Positions 13,984 through 28,456 of a stretch of 64,000 bases of DNA are shown in pieces. This DNA comes from Bacteroidia bacterium. Lineage in GTDB: Bacteria > Bacteroidota > Bacteroidia > M30B66. Under the pieces are notes generated by a model, which ran no database searches, was not told the origin of the DNA, and was given only the letters and a program-made list of their open reading frames with translations. Numbering within the stretch: position 1 is the stretch's first letter; each line of letters opens with the position of its first letter. The stretch covers positions 86,626 through 150,625 of the forward strand of contig CBDIHM010000003.1 in NCBI GenBank assembly GCA_965279035.1, in the 5' to 3' direction. A program made the position numbers and the translations under genes.

Positions 13984-16900
13984 TCACCCCCGGCCGTGCG
14001 AATCCGCCCGGGTGGTGATGACTCGTCTGGGTCATGTGGCTTGCGCTGGGGGAGTGAAAGGCCAAGGGTGCATATGAGGCGTGCTCAGGCTCCTGGAGAA
14101 ATATGATGGGCAAGCGAGAGATGCCGGCGGCTGCTGTGCTGCAAGAGAGTCTTTGTGTACGAGTGTTGTTACTGGCGGTGTCGTGCATCTTGCAGGGGCA
14201 GACAACAGGCAGAGGACCACAGAAAGCCCAGTCTGATTCACCCAATTTTTGGTTTGTTCTGAGCCCGACAGGGTCTGTGCAAATATGATGTTCATACAGA
14301 GGGTCGCATGAATGAGCTCCTCGGCAGCAAGAGTGTCTTGAGGGGCCTGCCCACTGGGGTGGGTGTCTGCGTGTACACCAGGGCATGCGATTTCAAATTC
14401 ATCTTTGTGCTCGCTTTGGCAAGTGATAAATTATTGGACCGGCGGCCCAACGGCTGGCTGCAGAATAGGCTGATGGGACTGGCATGTGCACGTACGAATG
14501 TGCGATGAGAGCGCCCTTTTTCACAAATTCAAGTTTGCCACAGCTGGGTAGTAGGAGTAATTCGCTGCAGACAAAGCATTACTGGTTTTGTGCTGGGCAT
14601 TTTCTCTGGGGAGGCATGCTTGCTAGGAAGCCCCCGCTCCCCATGCTTTGCTTGACAGGAGCCTTGGGTCATGTGTTTTGCACATTTCCCTGCCTCTGTT
14701 TGTTGCCGTGAGCATTTCAGCTTGAGCTTCTGGGATATTGATTCAGTGCTGCGCTACACAAGGGACAAAATCTCTCTTTTTTTTCTGCCCACAGATCTTC
14801 CTCTGTTAGTGCACTGGCCAAATGCTGGCCGGTGCAACTGGATTAATAACCATCTTGGGCTTGCATGTCAGTGACTGCTTTGATGCCCCCTGCTAGCAGT
14901 GGGCTTCTGCTTAGGGCAAATTTCTTTCTTTTTTGTGTCGCTGCAAGGACAATTCCTCTCACGCGTGGGTTGCAACTGGAAGGCTTCGTTAGAACTGAAA
15001 TACAAGAACAATTTTCGCTGCCTTCCAATGTGGTACTCCCTTTTCAGTGGCAGCCCGTGTGCACCCCTATTTGGAGCTGTCTGATGCTGGGAGAGAAGCA
15101 GACTTGATGTCGAGGCAACAAGCCTTCTTACATCTTCAGCTGGACGCTGATTGTATGTGCTTAGAAGTACGCTTGAGACCACAAAATTTGCCGGGTTGCT
15201 TATGGGAGAAAACAGGGCCTGTGATACGGCCCCCCTGTCCTGAGATTTTGGGGAGCGGATTCTGCCGTGCATTCTTTGAGCAGTGCTTGGGGGTTTAGCA
15301 CCTGCCACAACCCTGTGTCCTTTTCACGTGCCCCCTGGACCCTAGAGGGATTTGGGACGGGGGCGGTGTAGGAAGTGGTGGCATGTGCTGTAGACTGTAA
15401 GTTGCGCATGCAGAGATTGTCATGCATGACTAATATTTTGCTTGCATTGCCTTCTGCTCAGTCTGTGTCAGCAGGTCAGTGTGCAGTGTTCTCTAGAGCG
15501 CTGTTTGCAGAGAAACCCAATCTTGGTTGCACAGGGCTCTTTCTTGCTTTTGCTGGAAACAATCTGTGAGGTGGCGCTTGTTGTGTCCATAGGGGTCTCA
15601 TATCCAGCATTTCTTGTGTCTGTTTTGCGCTGCCCCGGTTCGAAGCTGTGTAGGTACTATAAATGCGGTCTGCAATTCCGTTGTTCTTTCTTAGAAATCT
15701 GTGAGGTTAACCTGATGGCAATATGGCTGCTTACTAAGAGCCCAGCTGGCATGCGTTTGCTTTGCTGCAGACATCGCGTACTGGTCTGCACCTATACAGA
15801 GACCAATCCTAGATGTGCAGGTCTCTTTGCAGAGCCTTGAACCTCTGAGTGTTTCACAATGCGTTCAAGCTTTTGCTTTCAGACAATGTTTGTTGTTTTC
15901 CCACTGTCATTGCAGCATAGGCGCCTGTAGTGCAGAGTGCTTGGCTGTGCACATTGCAGATACTAATTGTTGAGCATTCATGCGTTCTGCTCCTGTGTTA
16001 TCCCTCTGTAGACCTAGCCGCTGCTTTCTTCATGATCATGGCTGTAAACAGTATGCTTTATGGATTTGCTCATGTGCAGCTAGTAGCCTCGATCAAGGGC
16101 ACCCACAATGCTGCATTGCAATTGAATGAAATCGCGGGTTTTGACCCAATGCATTCATATGATGCTGCAACATTGACTTCATTGCAGGCTGTACTGTGCA
16201 GCTTCCACTTGAACTATTGCTGGCAACTCTCACAGCTAACATTCTACGCATGCATATATATGCCTGCACTGACCAGCTGGAGTCTCGTGCACGGGCCTCG
16301 GCTCGAAGCCGGGTTCTCTGAGAGTCTGCACGCTGAGCCCGGGCTGAAAGCTCATAAGCTTTCGCCAGGAAGTGAGCTTCAGGGTGCCTTTCCGCACACC
16401 TTGCCTGGCTAGATGCGAAACGTGGCTTCACCACCTCACCTCATATCGTGCGGCAAATCTCCAAGCGAAGCCATTCATGCATGGTGAGCCAGATTTGGCT
16501 CCGGAAGGCTTGTCCCGAGTGGGTTCCGGAACGTTCCGGAACGTCCCCCTGTCGATTCCTGAATTCCGCATCCCCAAAGACTGAAGAATTTGGGAAAAAC
16601 TTGATACGATTGGAATGCTGTTCAACGATCTGCTCATCATCGGACTGGCACGACAAGGCCAGTAGGATCTTGCCCCTCTCGGCCTCGATTCTGGTAGCCA
16701 GTTTCCAGGCAAGGCAGTCCGGACATAGTAGGAGTCCTAGCTCCTAGAAATAGAAGTTTAAATCGACACACAGCCCCGTACAGGTGATACGCGTGAGAGT
16801 GGCGATGTCACTTGCCCAACATCCTCCAATATCACAAGATGTTGCCAACTTAATCATAAGGTTTAACGAATACTTAGTACACATAAGCTGCTAGATGTAA

Positions 16901-17360
16901 GGTATTTACAAAGATTCATATAGTGCCATTTGAAAGCTCTTGATCGCTCTTGCTGTTCCGGAAGATCGCTGGATGGTGCCTTCTGGTGCATCTACATAAT
17001 TGATCTTTCATTTGTTGTTGTCGCTAGGCATCATCCACAGCTAAAGGCATGCAATCGCCTTCGTAAAGACCGTTGAAGTCCCGTGGTCGTACTGCAAGCT
17101 TTGGTGATACCTCCAGGTGAGTTCCTCCCTGCATCGTACTGGCCTCACGTGCACCTTCTCTGCTTTCACAAGAGCAATGTCAGTATCAAAGTACTTCTGT
17201 CCTTTGTCCTGCATTCCACAGATCTTGCTGCTGAGGCTTGCGCGATAGGAGTGTTTCTGTGCCATTGCAGGCTGGGCCTGAGCCAGGATGTCCTAGGTGA
17301 CAGAGACATCAGCACATGCTCAGCAGCGGAGGCAGTGGAAGAAAACCACATAGAGAGGCC

Positions 17361-20300
17361 ATGGTGCGGTCGTTGAAGCTGCTGGCACTCTGCGCAGTGC
17401 TGGCAGTGTCGTTGTTTTGCCTGGCATCTGGCTGGCAGACAGCGGAGGATGGCACAGTAACTCGCACCACCTCCACCAGAGTGTCAATGCTGCGCCGAGC
17501 CAAGCAGGACAGCGGCAGCACAGAGCCACAGTCACCCCTCCTGCAGGTGTGCCCCCTGTGGACTTCATTGTAATGCGGGACACACAGTCTTACTTTGCAG
17601 GGGCGGAGTATTGGGGTAGGTATGGGCGTGCAGATACTGAGATATTTCATCTTGAGGGGAGGGGAGGGTATAGAGGGCATGACTATGCTCGCGGGCATGC
17701 TGCCTTGAGCTGCGACGAGCAGAATCTCGGGCTGCAGCAGAAATGCCTCATGTGAGTCTGCAGCGAACCTGCCTGGACGTGGTGATGACTACGCAGGAGT
17801 CGGTCCGCATGCTGTTGATCTGAGCAGGGCTCCTGCGCACCAAACAGGATGCAATGTCAGATGCAGTGATCCTCCAATATCCGGGACTTCAATCACCAGT
17901 TTTCAAGCTTGTCTTGTGCATGCCATCCCTACAATTGTCCAGCTCGTCTGGATGCCGGGGTCCAGAGGTGTGCATTACCACCAGCAACCCTTTGACGAAG
18001 GGGAATATGGGGGTTGTGGCAGGCGTGGGAGGGTTTCTGCCGCCACAAGCAGGAGTGCGGGCGCCACCCGCAGCCGCCCACCAAGGCTTATCTCATCAGC
18101 CTGCCCGCGGACGAGCCCAAGCGCGCTTACTCCCTCCAGCTGCTGACCGCTCTCGGCCTGGATGTCGAAGTCATCGACGGCATCAAGAGCGTGCAAGTGG
18201 GCGCGATCCGCTTGGCTTGCTGTGTGTTGTGATTTTCTGGGCCCCAAGGCCTCAGTGCCAATCTTTTGCATGATATGCAAAGCAGGGATGCTTGAAGCCA
18301 GTCCTGGCTTGGTCTGGATGACAAGAGATGGGAGATATTCAACCTGCGCCAGAGCGTGGCAATTCGAGTCCAGTGTCTCAGTTTTGCGGAATGCCGTTCA
18401 TATATAAATGTGGCACGCTGTATGTTGCAACAATGTCTGCACTTATGGGCTGGTCGGGAGTGCTCTTCAATCAAAAGATCACTGTACAATTACCTTGCTG
18501 TGCTACGGCTTGTGAGAAGGTGAAGTACAGAGTATCACATAAAAGGGACTCAGTATGCCATGCAAGCATACGTTCAGTATCAGCGCCACTTCAACTCTGG
18601 TTTTTTGGGTTTGTGCATGTCTCTTCCTAACGCTGTGCTGCACCCTTATAGCCCGTACTGCTGAGGTGCCATGTGTGCTGATGTGCCGATTGTATCCTCG
18701 CGCGCAGCTGGGCAGCTTGGAGGAATTCACAGAGTGTGTGCCGGCTGGGTCGGCGGACGACTGTCAGTTTGGGCTGACGCAATCACACATGAACGTGTGG
18801 AAGGCACTCGCCACCAGCCAGCACCAGGCCGCCTGGGTCTTCGAGTGCGCTCCCTCTCTGGCACTGCCTTAAATACAAAGCCATATTTAGATGTAGTACT
18901 CCCGTTCAATCACCCAGGCAATGTTGGGATATCTTTGATAAGGAAATTATGGGAGACAGCTGCAAAAGTTGTCCAGCTGGGCGCTCCTTTCAAGTAGTGC
19001 GCTGTTTGTGAGGCGAGTTTTAGCAGGGCATTCAACACAGTGCAGCTTGACCTAAAGTAGGTGCAGCATAGGGGTTGGTTTGGACAGAGTTCAAGGTGGC
19101 CATTGCCAAGTCTGGCCAGCTGCAATAAAGCCAAGAGCACCGATGTCACCTGTCAGATAAATCAATGTAGGTGTCTTGCTGCAATGCAAGTTCTTGTAGT
19201 ACTGATTGAAGCTTCAGGGTGCTGCAGAGTGTGGGCCGCTAAGCAACGTCATTCGCAAGGCAGAGAGCATGAAAAGCCGGCATGCATGTGCAGGGATGAC
19301 GTGGTGTTTCATGACGATTTCCTGACGCTGTTCCCAAAGTACTGGGCGGCGGTGCCCCACAACTATGAGTACATCGCAGTGGGCATGATTCCCCGCCACT
19401 TCAACGTGTCCAAAGAGGCTGTCTACGGTGGGGTTCCCCTTCTTTTTGTTCCTTCTATTGAAGGGTGCTTTATTGAAGGATGTCCTGCCCTTGAATCGTG
19501 TCGGCAAATCGTTGTAGGCCAGAGCTGAGTGAAGGGAAGCAGTGAGAGACCCTCACGCGTTGGGAAGCCAGCAGTTGCACCTGACTATCATTCAGAGCTT
19601 GGTGATTCACCACTGCAGACACTTTGCTTATTGTTGACAGCTCTGGCCGGTGAAGCTCTTGTGCCCTCTGTCACAAAGCTGCTGCAGGACTAGCATGCAC
19701 AGCAGCCAGGTCTTTGTGACTGCACGTGTGACTGCACCAGGGCAGTGAGTCTCTCATTGGCTTGCAAACGGGCTGGTTTAGCAAAGAGTTCATGAATGTG
19801 CACAGCGGGAGCGCATGACCCCAACTTTCAATTTCTCTGGTTGAGTGGGTAGTTCCATTTGAATACACATTTCAGTAGGTTGGACTGAGCTGAGTCATGC
19901 TTGTCGCATGCAGTGGCGCCCGAGGCGATGCCGTGGGGAACCCACGCTTACATAATCAACGCGAGGCAGGCCGAGCGCATGGCGCTGACGGCTGAGTTGA
20001 TGGTGGCGCGGGCACGCCATCCCACGGACGACTTCCACACAACTGCCTGGCAGCTGGACGGCGAGGATATAAAGATTGACCACTACTTGAGCGTCTACTA
20101 TTCCGACCTCACCCCCAAGAACGACCGCCGAAGGCGCGCACAGCTTTAACTCTGTATGCCTGGTTTGTTTGGAAGTTTCTAACTGGAAGGCCGCTGTGTG
20201 TGCTTCAGAGTCGAGACTTCTGCAGTGGACTCTAGAGAATCTGTACTAGAGATCCATTGCTGATCACTAGGTCAGAATCTTAGGTGTGCACCAGTTGGCT

Positions 20301-21229
20301 TTGGTGGCTCACATTCCATGCAGCCTGTTGCAGTATGCAACAGTATAGAAAATGTCGTTCCCTGCATAGGAGCTGCATTTGGAACATGGGCACTGCACAG
20401 GCAGTCAGTCTCTCAAGTGATGTTGCCGTGTTGATCAGACAAGTGAATTACCCAAGCTAGAAAGGGAGAGTGAGCGCATGGGTGTCTCTTGGGTGGATCA
20501 GGTGGGTGGTGTTTGACTCGCCGGCGGAGGAGCCGTTCCGTTACGGGAACGTCAGCTGGGCCCGTAATGGGGGCTGCCAGTGCAGCTGCGCCAACATGGC
20601 GGCATGTGCCGCGGAGGGCCGCGCACCTGCCTGGGGCATGGGATTAGTCGCGCAGCACACCTGCCGGGAGCAGGTCGACCGCGTGCCCGTCTGGCATCAG
20701 GTGCGCAGCGTTCTCTCCCACTTTGATTTGAACATGAGTTTGGGTTCGAGGGCACCTTGGACTCCTGAGGCCAAGACTACTGCTAGTTGAAACAATTAAT
20801 GCAAGACGCATATGGGCACTGCGCGAGCACAGGTGGAATGGCAGATGCCCTTCTCCAAATGTAGCAGTGCTCAGATATTCCTTGCCTGCGGCAGCTAAGA
20901 CAAGTTTAATGCAGTTTGCAGATCGGACTTCAGAGCATGGCTAGTAGAATCGGCACCCAATAGCTGTGACTGCAGGGTGCAGAGTCCATGCATAGCATGC
21001 ATGATCTATTTTGCGCTGTTTGTGACGGGTTGCCCTGCAATGGTGGTTGCAGGAGATGGCGAGGCTGGAGGCTGCGGGCAAGGTGCAGCACTGCAGCGAG
21101 CTGAGGGCGTGCGGGAGCTTTGTGTGCGAGTACGAGACTCTGTACACGGACGACGGGGAGCCTATGGAAATAGAGGACTTGGAAGAGGAAGAGCAGGAGG
21201 GTGGGGACGAAAACAAGGAAGCCAGCTGA
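17361..21229 (+). CDS. Glycosyltransferase family 25-like type II membrane protein
   Basis: Signal anchor LLALCAVLAVSLFCL; AYLISLPADEPKR; VIDGI; FGLTQSHMNVWK...WVFEDDVVF; PWGTHAYIIN; KIDHYL. This is the GT25 motif order. Confidence 0.75.
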
Positions 21230-21998
21230 GAGGGTCAAGCAGTCCGCATGTTTGCAAATTGCAAAGTGCATAAGGACAATTGTTGTCATCATGAGGACAT
21301 CAAAAGGACAATGTCATGCATAAAGACGTGATCAGCTGACTGCTGTGTGCAAAGCAACTGCACAGGCATCTGCACTGAGATATCTGATCGATCACTTGAC
21401 ATTTTGGGCAGCTGCGCCTTTGACAGAGCCTCAGTGAGACTTTTAACGAGCTCGTTGGCATGGATGTAGTGTGACACTGGCAGTGGGTACTATAGTAGTA
21501 CTACGGCTGAACTGGGTGGTCCTTTCACAAATGATTTGAGCCACCTCTGGTACTTGGCAGCTAGAAATTGAAAGTAAACACATTGCTGATTCAAAAGTTG
21601 CTTGCATGGCATACAAAATTATCAACTGCAAATCTACTTATGCTGGCACGTGTCCGAACTGTCAATTGAGTTGCAACGGTCACCGTTTGCCGGCAACGGT
21701 TGCCATACCATATTTAGCCAGGGCTGAAGGAGGGGGTGGGAGAATCCTCACAGGTGCAGAGGGGGCCAGCGCCAGAACGTGGATATTATCTGTGCCCTTG
21801 GAGTGCCGCATATTGCAAGCAGCCACAAGAAATCAGAGGCTTACATTCTGTTTAGGCATGACGAGGGAGTTACTCTATCGATAATTCAACCAGCTGGGGA
21901 TCAGCTGGAGTCCATGACCTGCTGCTCATGAAGTTTGCGGATGGTTCAGACGCCTGTTTTGAAGAAAGAGATGCTGAAGCAGTGTCGAAATCTTCGTG

Positions 21999-23398
21999 AT
22001 GAAGGCACGAGCAAGTCGTCCTGCCCTGCCGAGTGAGGTTTGGGCCCTCATAGCAAGCAAGACTCCTCTGCAGTATTGGGCGAAAGCACAATGTGTTGCA
22101 AGGCATTCCGAAAGTTAATATGACAGATCTGTGTTGGATTCAGTAATTCTCCAAACGGTAGGCATGCCGGAGAGCTTTAAATTTATAAGGCGTGGGAGAA
22201 CAGGTGCAGCTAAACTCTCAGCGTGGCCATAAAGACAGGAATGGCGGCCAAGTGGTTGGCTTTGCACTTTTTCGACATAGGAGTGCTTTCCATCTACCTC
22301 AATGTCAATGACGACAGTTCTGATGAACTGGAAAAGTCTGTGTCAGTCCCTGGCAGCATTCCTAAGCTGCCAAACCTGCTGCAGCTGATCAATTGCTGCC
22401 CGCCATTTTCCAGAGCTGAGTGCAGCAGCATCATAAATAAGTGGGTCAACGCCATCCTTTTTGAGCACTCTGCCAAGCTTCAAGTGCTGTCTTTGAGCAT
22501 TGGAGCACTTGATCTGGCCCCGCCTATGCTCCAGCTCAACCACCTCCTGCTCAAGACCAGGGAGATGATATCTGATGAATGCTGGAGCAGCCTAAGCTCC
22601 CTGTCATGCCTGCAAACACTTCTGGTGGAGGGCTCAAGGTTGTGGGGCTCCGAGTTGTGGAAGGGTCAGGAGTATGTTGTGAACATGCGTGGCTGTGTGC
22701 AGCTGCAGAGTGTGTGCTTTGCCACCATGCTTCCTTTGTGGTCCGCGTTCCTGAGGCATGCTCCAATGCCATCAATTGCTCAGCCAAGCATGTGGTGAAT
22801 AGGGCATCCTGCATGAAGCAGTGCCACATTGCTCACTTGCATGTGGATCACCTGTTTGAGTCTGTGGATTGGCCATACTACAGGATTCTGTTTGGTAACA
22901 CATGGTACGGTGTCCCGCAGTCCCTCAATCTGACAACTTTGTCGCTGAGGGCACCAGCCGTGGGTACCCCAGAATGTCTGATGCTGGTGGATGGTGCCTT
23001 GCTTTCTGAGCTGAACACCCTGAGGGTCAAGTGCCAGACAGCTTGCTTGCGTATTGCAACTTCAGCAAAGTTGACTAGCCTGAGCATTGACAATGACAAG
23101 TCCCTATCCTTGCAATTTGAAGATCAGCAAGCCTTGTGCGCACAGCTGGAACAGTTTAGCTGTTTTGGCACATTGCATAAATGCAAAGGCGCTCCTGTGC
23201 TGGTAGCGAAGGGAACTATCAGAGCGTTTCCCAGGTGCCCAATGGTTCATTCGCATTTTTGATGTCAGTGACGAGATGGCCAGAGTCTTCTACTACCCAG
23301 CGGATGCTCTTCTGGATGATGTCAAGTGCAATTGCCGATGCTGTTCAGAATGCCTTTCCAGGGGTGACACAGCGTACCCATTTCCTGAAGAGGTGTAG
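21999..23398 (+). pseudogene. F-box-like / LRR-like protein, frameshifted (paralog of 50679-52185)
   Basis: LPSEVWALIAS F-box-like start; FEHSAKLQVLSLSIGALDLAPPMLQLNHLLL aligns with the paralog; C-terminal CNCRCCSECL. Frame changes are needed near 22095, 22735 and 23240. Confidence 0.65.
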
Positions 23399-23776
23399 AT
23401 TTTTACAGGCACAGTGGGGTCCTTCTCGTCTCAGTAATCGGTATGAGCATTATGTAGAGCTTTGCAACAACCTTTCATTTCAGAGGTCATGTCATGTGCG
23501 GTGCAGAGTAGATCTTACTTATACAGAGGCCACCGTACATGCTGGCATGACTGGATGCAGTTACTAAGTGATGAGCCCACCATGGCATCTTAAGCTCTGC
23601 TAAGCTTTGGCCACTCGCAGTGGACTGTTTTTACCCTGATACCTTACTGTGATCATTAGCAAGTTACATGCCAATCAGTTGAATTTGCAGGCTGCAGGCA
23701 TGTAGCTCTGTTCATCAAAGTCCATTGTTGCACTGCATAGTGCAACCTGCGCTCGATTCCAAATCTTGTAAAAGCC

Positions 23777-26700
23777 CTAAGGGTCGGTATTTGTGACGGG
23801 CACCGTGGTGACCCCTTTGCTATCAGTTTCTTCCTGCCGCTGATTCTGCTCTTGCTGCATGCACGTGTCTTTTCTACCCGCTATATCCTCTGTTACCTTC
23901 AGCTCGCCCAGATCAACCTCAGTGCCCCATGATTCTTCATCTTGCCCTGCACCTGTTTGACAAGTCCCCTGGTCAGACCCCCCGCATGCTGACGTCGCTT
24001 CAGCCCTGCTGACATCAGCCGCGCTTCCGCCCTCCTCCCCTTTGCTGACCTCACCCGATCGCTCCCCAGATTCGCTGTCCTCACCCTCGTCCTCAGAGCT
24101 GCCGTCCTCGCCAGAACCATCAGATTCGCTGGAAGCATCGTCTGACTCGCTGTCTTCTTCGCTGCTGCTGGGGCCGTCGCGCGGTGCAACCATGCCCTGC
24201 AGGGCGCTCACATAGCTATCCAGAGCGCTGAAGTGCTCCTTCTTGAAGCCGGATGCGGACAGCTTCACATCCAGTTTCTCCGCAGCTGCCGCTGTTGCTT
24301 CCTGCAGCAAGCCAGCACACCTTATCAGGCTTCCACATGAGGCAACGCAGAGAACGGACAGAAGGCCATGCATACCGCAACATGTCTGGATCTGCTCTGC
24401 AGTGTTCCGATTATACATGTAAAAAGCCCTTGAATAGCTGAACGACCACCTGACGACAACCTAGGGAAAGTTGCTTATCTGAAAAGGAGCCGCATCTTCC
24501 CCTAACGGAAAGCCCAAAGATCATGCTAAAGGCAATCCACGTCACTGCAGCAGCAGTACAGCACAGTACAGCACAGCATGCATTAAGGAGCCCGTTCAGC
24601 TCTGCTTTACTTGCTCCCTAACGGCCTCCCAACCTCAAATTCACCGATCTTCAAGTGCCTGCAGGAGTGCTATTCACGCCCACAAGGAGACCTGATCCAC
24701 TTGATACTAACGACTGCACAAGGCCCGCGAAGGAACTGAAAGAATGGGGGCACGCCTTGAAGTCTGGGCGCAGGTAGGGCAGGGAGGCGTCCTGTTCGGA
24801 GACGTAGCCAAGTTTCTTGGTGAAGAAGCGGATGACGCAGTCGATGTCGCGATCAAACAGCTCCTCTGCATTGGCGTGGCTGGTTGACACCATCTGGGGA
24901 AAGTCTATCAGCGTCACACCGCCCTGCTCGTCCACCTGCATGGAAGGCAGAAACATTAGTCGGTGACCATTGCGCACATTGCCAATACTGGGCTGATTTT
25001 TACTGCCTGTAGGTAAGGGGAAATGCCTCTGCAACAAAATAACCAGCTTAAGAGATGCACATGACAGAACATAAACAAGAGCAGTAAAGTAAGGGATGCC
25101 ATTCGAAGATTGAATACAGAAATAGCTGCAGGTGGATCTAGACCAGCAAGAGTCCAGATTGTCAGGGAGGGACAATCATATCAATCAATGCAGACGGCAT
25201 ATGTCACCATGTGTGAACCTGCTCATGTGCTGCAAGTTTAGCTATATGCCACCCCAGTCACAAGAAGAACGATTGCACAGCACTGGAGGAGGGTTGCATA
25301 CCAGGATGTTGAATTCGTTAAAGTCGCAGTGGACGAGGCCCCGGGAGGCCAGGTCCCCAATCATGTCCATCAGCTGAAGATACACAGCCCCAGGATCCGC
25401 CAGTTTCACCTGAGCAGGCGCACATCTCTTGATCACCTGATTTTCAATTTAGGAAACATGCTTCGGCAAATAGGTACACCATGATCGGTGGGGGGTATGG
25501 CAGTTCCAGCACAGAAAGCGTCTAAGAGGAGCTCTCCAAGCACAACACCAAGTGATACGCTTGGAAAGCCCCCGCAAAAAGGTCTCTGTGCCAGAGCTGA
25601 ACCTGCAGCCAACTTCTACAAGCAGCCTGCCACTGTCCCCATCTCTGCAAGAGAGAGGTCAACCAAAGAGATAAGCAGAGATGGTTGTAAGCGTCTTCGC
25701 AGTTCGAGCGGAAAGAACTACTGGAGGAAATCTCCAAGGCACCCATTTTCAGTGAGTGGTTCACAAATCCCCCGGAATGGCACTCTGTGCCCCCGCCCTC
25801 CAAGGTGTTGAAACTATACAACTGATACAAAACCCTTGGAGATCACGAGCGGCATGTGCGAGCATGTGCAGTCATCGTGTGTGCCGGGCAGCCCCATCTG
25901 TGCTAATGCTGCAATGTCCAAGGACGCCCCCCAAGCCAGCATGTACCACAAAGAGCCTGTCCCGGAGATGTGCAGGCATGTGGGAGCGGCATGGGTAGCA
26001 TATGCGCGCACCTGCACGAGGGGCACTGCGTCAACGAGGGACATCAGGACGGCGTGGCGGTTGTGCTCGATCGCGCGCGGCACCGGGAAGCCGGCCGCTC
26101 CGAGAGCCTCCATGAACGCAAACTCCTTGGCCGCCGCCAGTCTCGACAGCCACAGCCAGCTGCGCGCAGGCAACACACACATATGCAAGTGCTATGGGGC
26201 ATCTAGGTGATATTGACAAACCAGGACGCTAAGTGAGCACCAAAATTCCTGATCTGAGCCTGACACCGCAATCATTTGGAGTTCTGGGCACAAGTCAAAG
26301 TGATGTTGAAGCACATTATGCTGCAGAATTTCACAACCATTAAGCATGGGACAGCACTAGTGTGCATTCCTACATGACTAAGGATGCTTCTCTGCTGTCA
26401 ACACCATGGTTGTAGTGTGACCCTTTCACTTTCACATTTCCAGAAAGGACTGCGTCGGCACCTGAAGGAGTTTCTGTGCTGCAGGTAGTCGCGCTTCTTC
26501 TTGACTGCCCGGAAGGAGGTACGCCCCAGGCGGTGCAGCTTCATCGCCAGCACCTCGCCATCAGCGTTCAGTACCTGCGCAGGCATAACAGCGTCGCTCT
26601 CCTTGTGATATTTTGCATGCATGCTTGCCAATTGGACTCTACTGCTGATTTTGCGTATAACATGCACCAATCCCCAGGGCACGATACATCATAGGACACG

Positions 26701-27511
26701 GGGCCATATCCTTGCTCCAGATGAGTGGCTCTGAACCTAGGTCTGGAAAAGCGGATATACAAGAATACGCCAATGGATTGCAGAAAATCCCACCCACTCT
26801 CATCTGCGGACAAAGTTCAGTCTCCTGCACCTCCTTGCTAGTGCCCACCATGCGTACATCACAACAGGGAGGAGGCAACCAACAACAGCGGCTGCACCAG
26901 GGAGGGGGCATGCCTCGAAAACATCGGACTCCTTGCCGACGCCGATCTGGCGGCCGACGGCGGTGATGGCGCCGCGCGCGACCAACGCTTTGAGCGCCAG
27001 GAAGTCGTAACCGAGGGGAGTCAGGCGGTAGCCGTCGTAGCGGCTGTTGTCATGGTGCACTAGCTTCTGTCGCAGCAGTGCCTTCAGGCAGCGCTCCACG
27101 CCCCCATGCCTGTGCAGGCGCCAGGCTCCCAGATCAGAGAACAAGGCTATCGCCCCCTGGCACCATTCTAGGCCAGACTAGCGTCTGGATGGCAAGACAA
27201 GCGAGATGGTCCTGCAACAGTCTCAATTGCGCATGCTTCCTTCGTCACAGTGATGTTTGCCAGTGTTACAACCAGGGTCAGAATGGGGCTACTCACTTGA
27301 GGCCTGCGATGCTGTCCACCAGAGGGACAGGGACGATATCGTGCTGCAATTCAACACAGAAACGTTGGTTGACATCTTCTCAACACTAAATGCACCCAGA
27401 CTGCACTTCTTGGGTATGTATACTCACGTTCTTTTGGCCGATCTCGACGGCTTGCAGCGTTCTGCTTTCATCCCGCGATAAATATCGAAGAGCATTGACA
27501 TCCAATTTCAT
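23777..27511 (-). CDS. RIO2: RIO2 atypical kinase (40S biogenesis)
   Basis: MKLDVNALRYLSRDESRTLQAVEIGQKN; YDGYRLTPLGYDFLAL; IGVGKESDVF; MKLHRLGRTSFR; AAAKEFAFM; GLVHCDFNEFNIL; LIDFPQMVS; acidic tail. Confidence 0.95.
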
Positions 27512-28456
27512 TGTTAAAGCGTCCTGATCGCCAAATTGCCGGCTAAGGTTTCGGCGAGAGCCACCAAATAATTCTTCCTGCTCGGATATTAGTACTCGCG
27601 ATCGCAATTGATGCTAAGCTTGCTACCACTGCAGTATTGCTGGGAAATCAAGCAAGATGTCAAGTTGCTTGCCGCCAGCCTTGGAAGTTTGTCTTTTGCC
27701 GAAAGAAGTCTAGGGCCACTACCCCTGTGCTAGCGTAGGGCTTGGGAGATTGAGGTAACAAACAGGGCAACCCCCTTAATTTAGTCACAAGGCCTTGCTA
27801 GGGCCAAATCCCTTGCGTTAGCAGAGGGTATGGGTGTCTGGCGTTATATTGAGGGTATCTCTCTTATTTAAATAACCTAGATCCATGCGGAAGTTCGAAA
27901 GTTCTCGCAGTGGAATGAATTTTCGAGGAAGAGATCTATGTTGCAAATTCATGGTGATGACGATGTATTGTGTGCGACAGTTCACGTGGATGTGTTGATC
28001 CTTGGACAAATAGTCGACGTCTGTACACTGTCGTAGTCGTTGGATTGAGCTCGTGCGTGTGAGCGTTCAGTAACGTGGGATATACCTCGGGTTGGTATAG
28101 TCATATATATCATTCTCAAGTTTTACAAGTATTCAGTTGCTCCGTATATAGGGGACCAAGCAAATGTCTGCGAAAGCATGGCATCGCATGCTTCTACTCC
28201 ACCTCGTACAACTAGTGGAGCGTTAGTACTGTTTACTATGAGGGACTGAACTTCCAAAAGGTGCAGCCCCAGAGATACGCACGCTTGTATATCGCTTACA
28301 AGTGACCTTTTCTACTTGACCAGGCAATCCTGCTTCTGACATCGACAGCCAGGACTGCACCTTGCCTCTCACTATCCCAGAAGGATTTAATTGGTAGCTT
28401 TAAAGGCTTCAAGCTTCATCGCTCTGAGCAGAAGCAGTGCATGCGCAGGGCGGTGC

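Noticed and set aside
16523-16542. Doubled 10-bp palindrome gttccggaac
   Set aside because: Explained by one small tandem duplication; no TSD or further copies seen.
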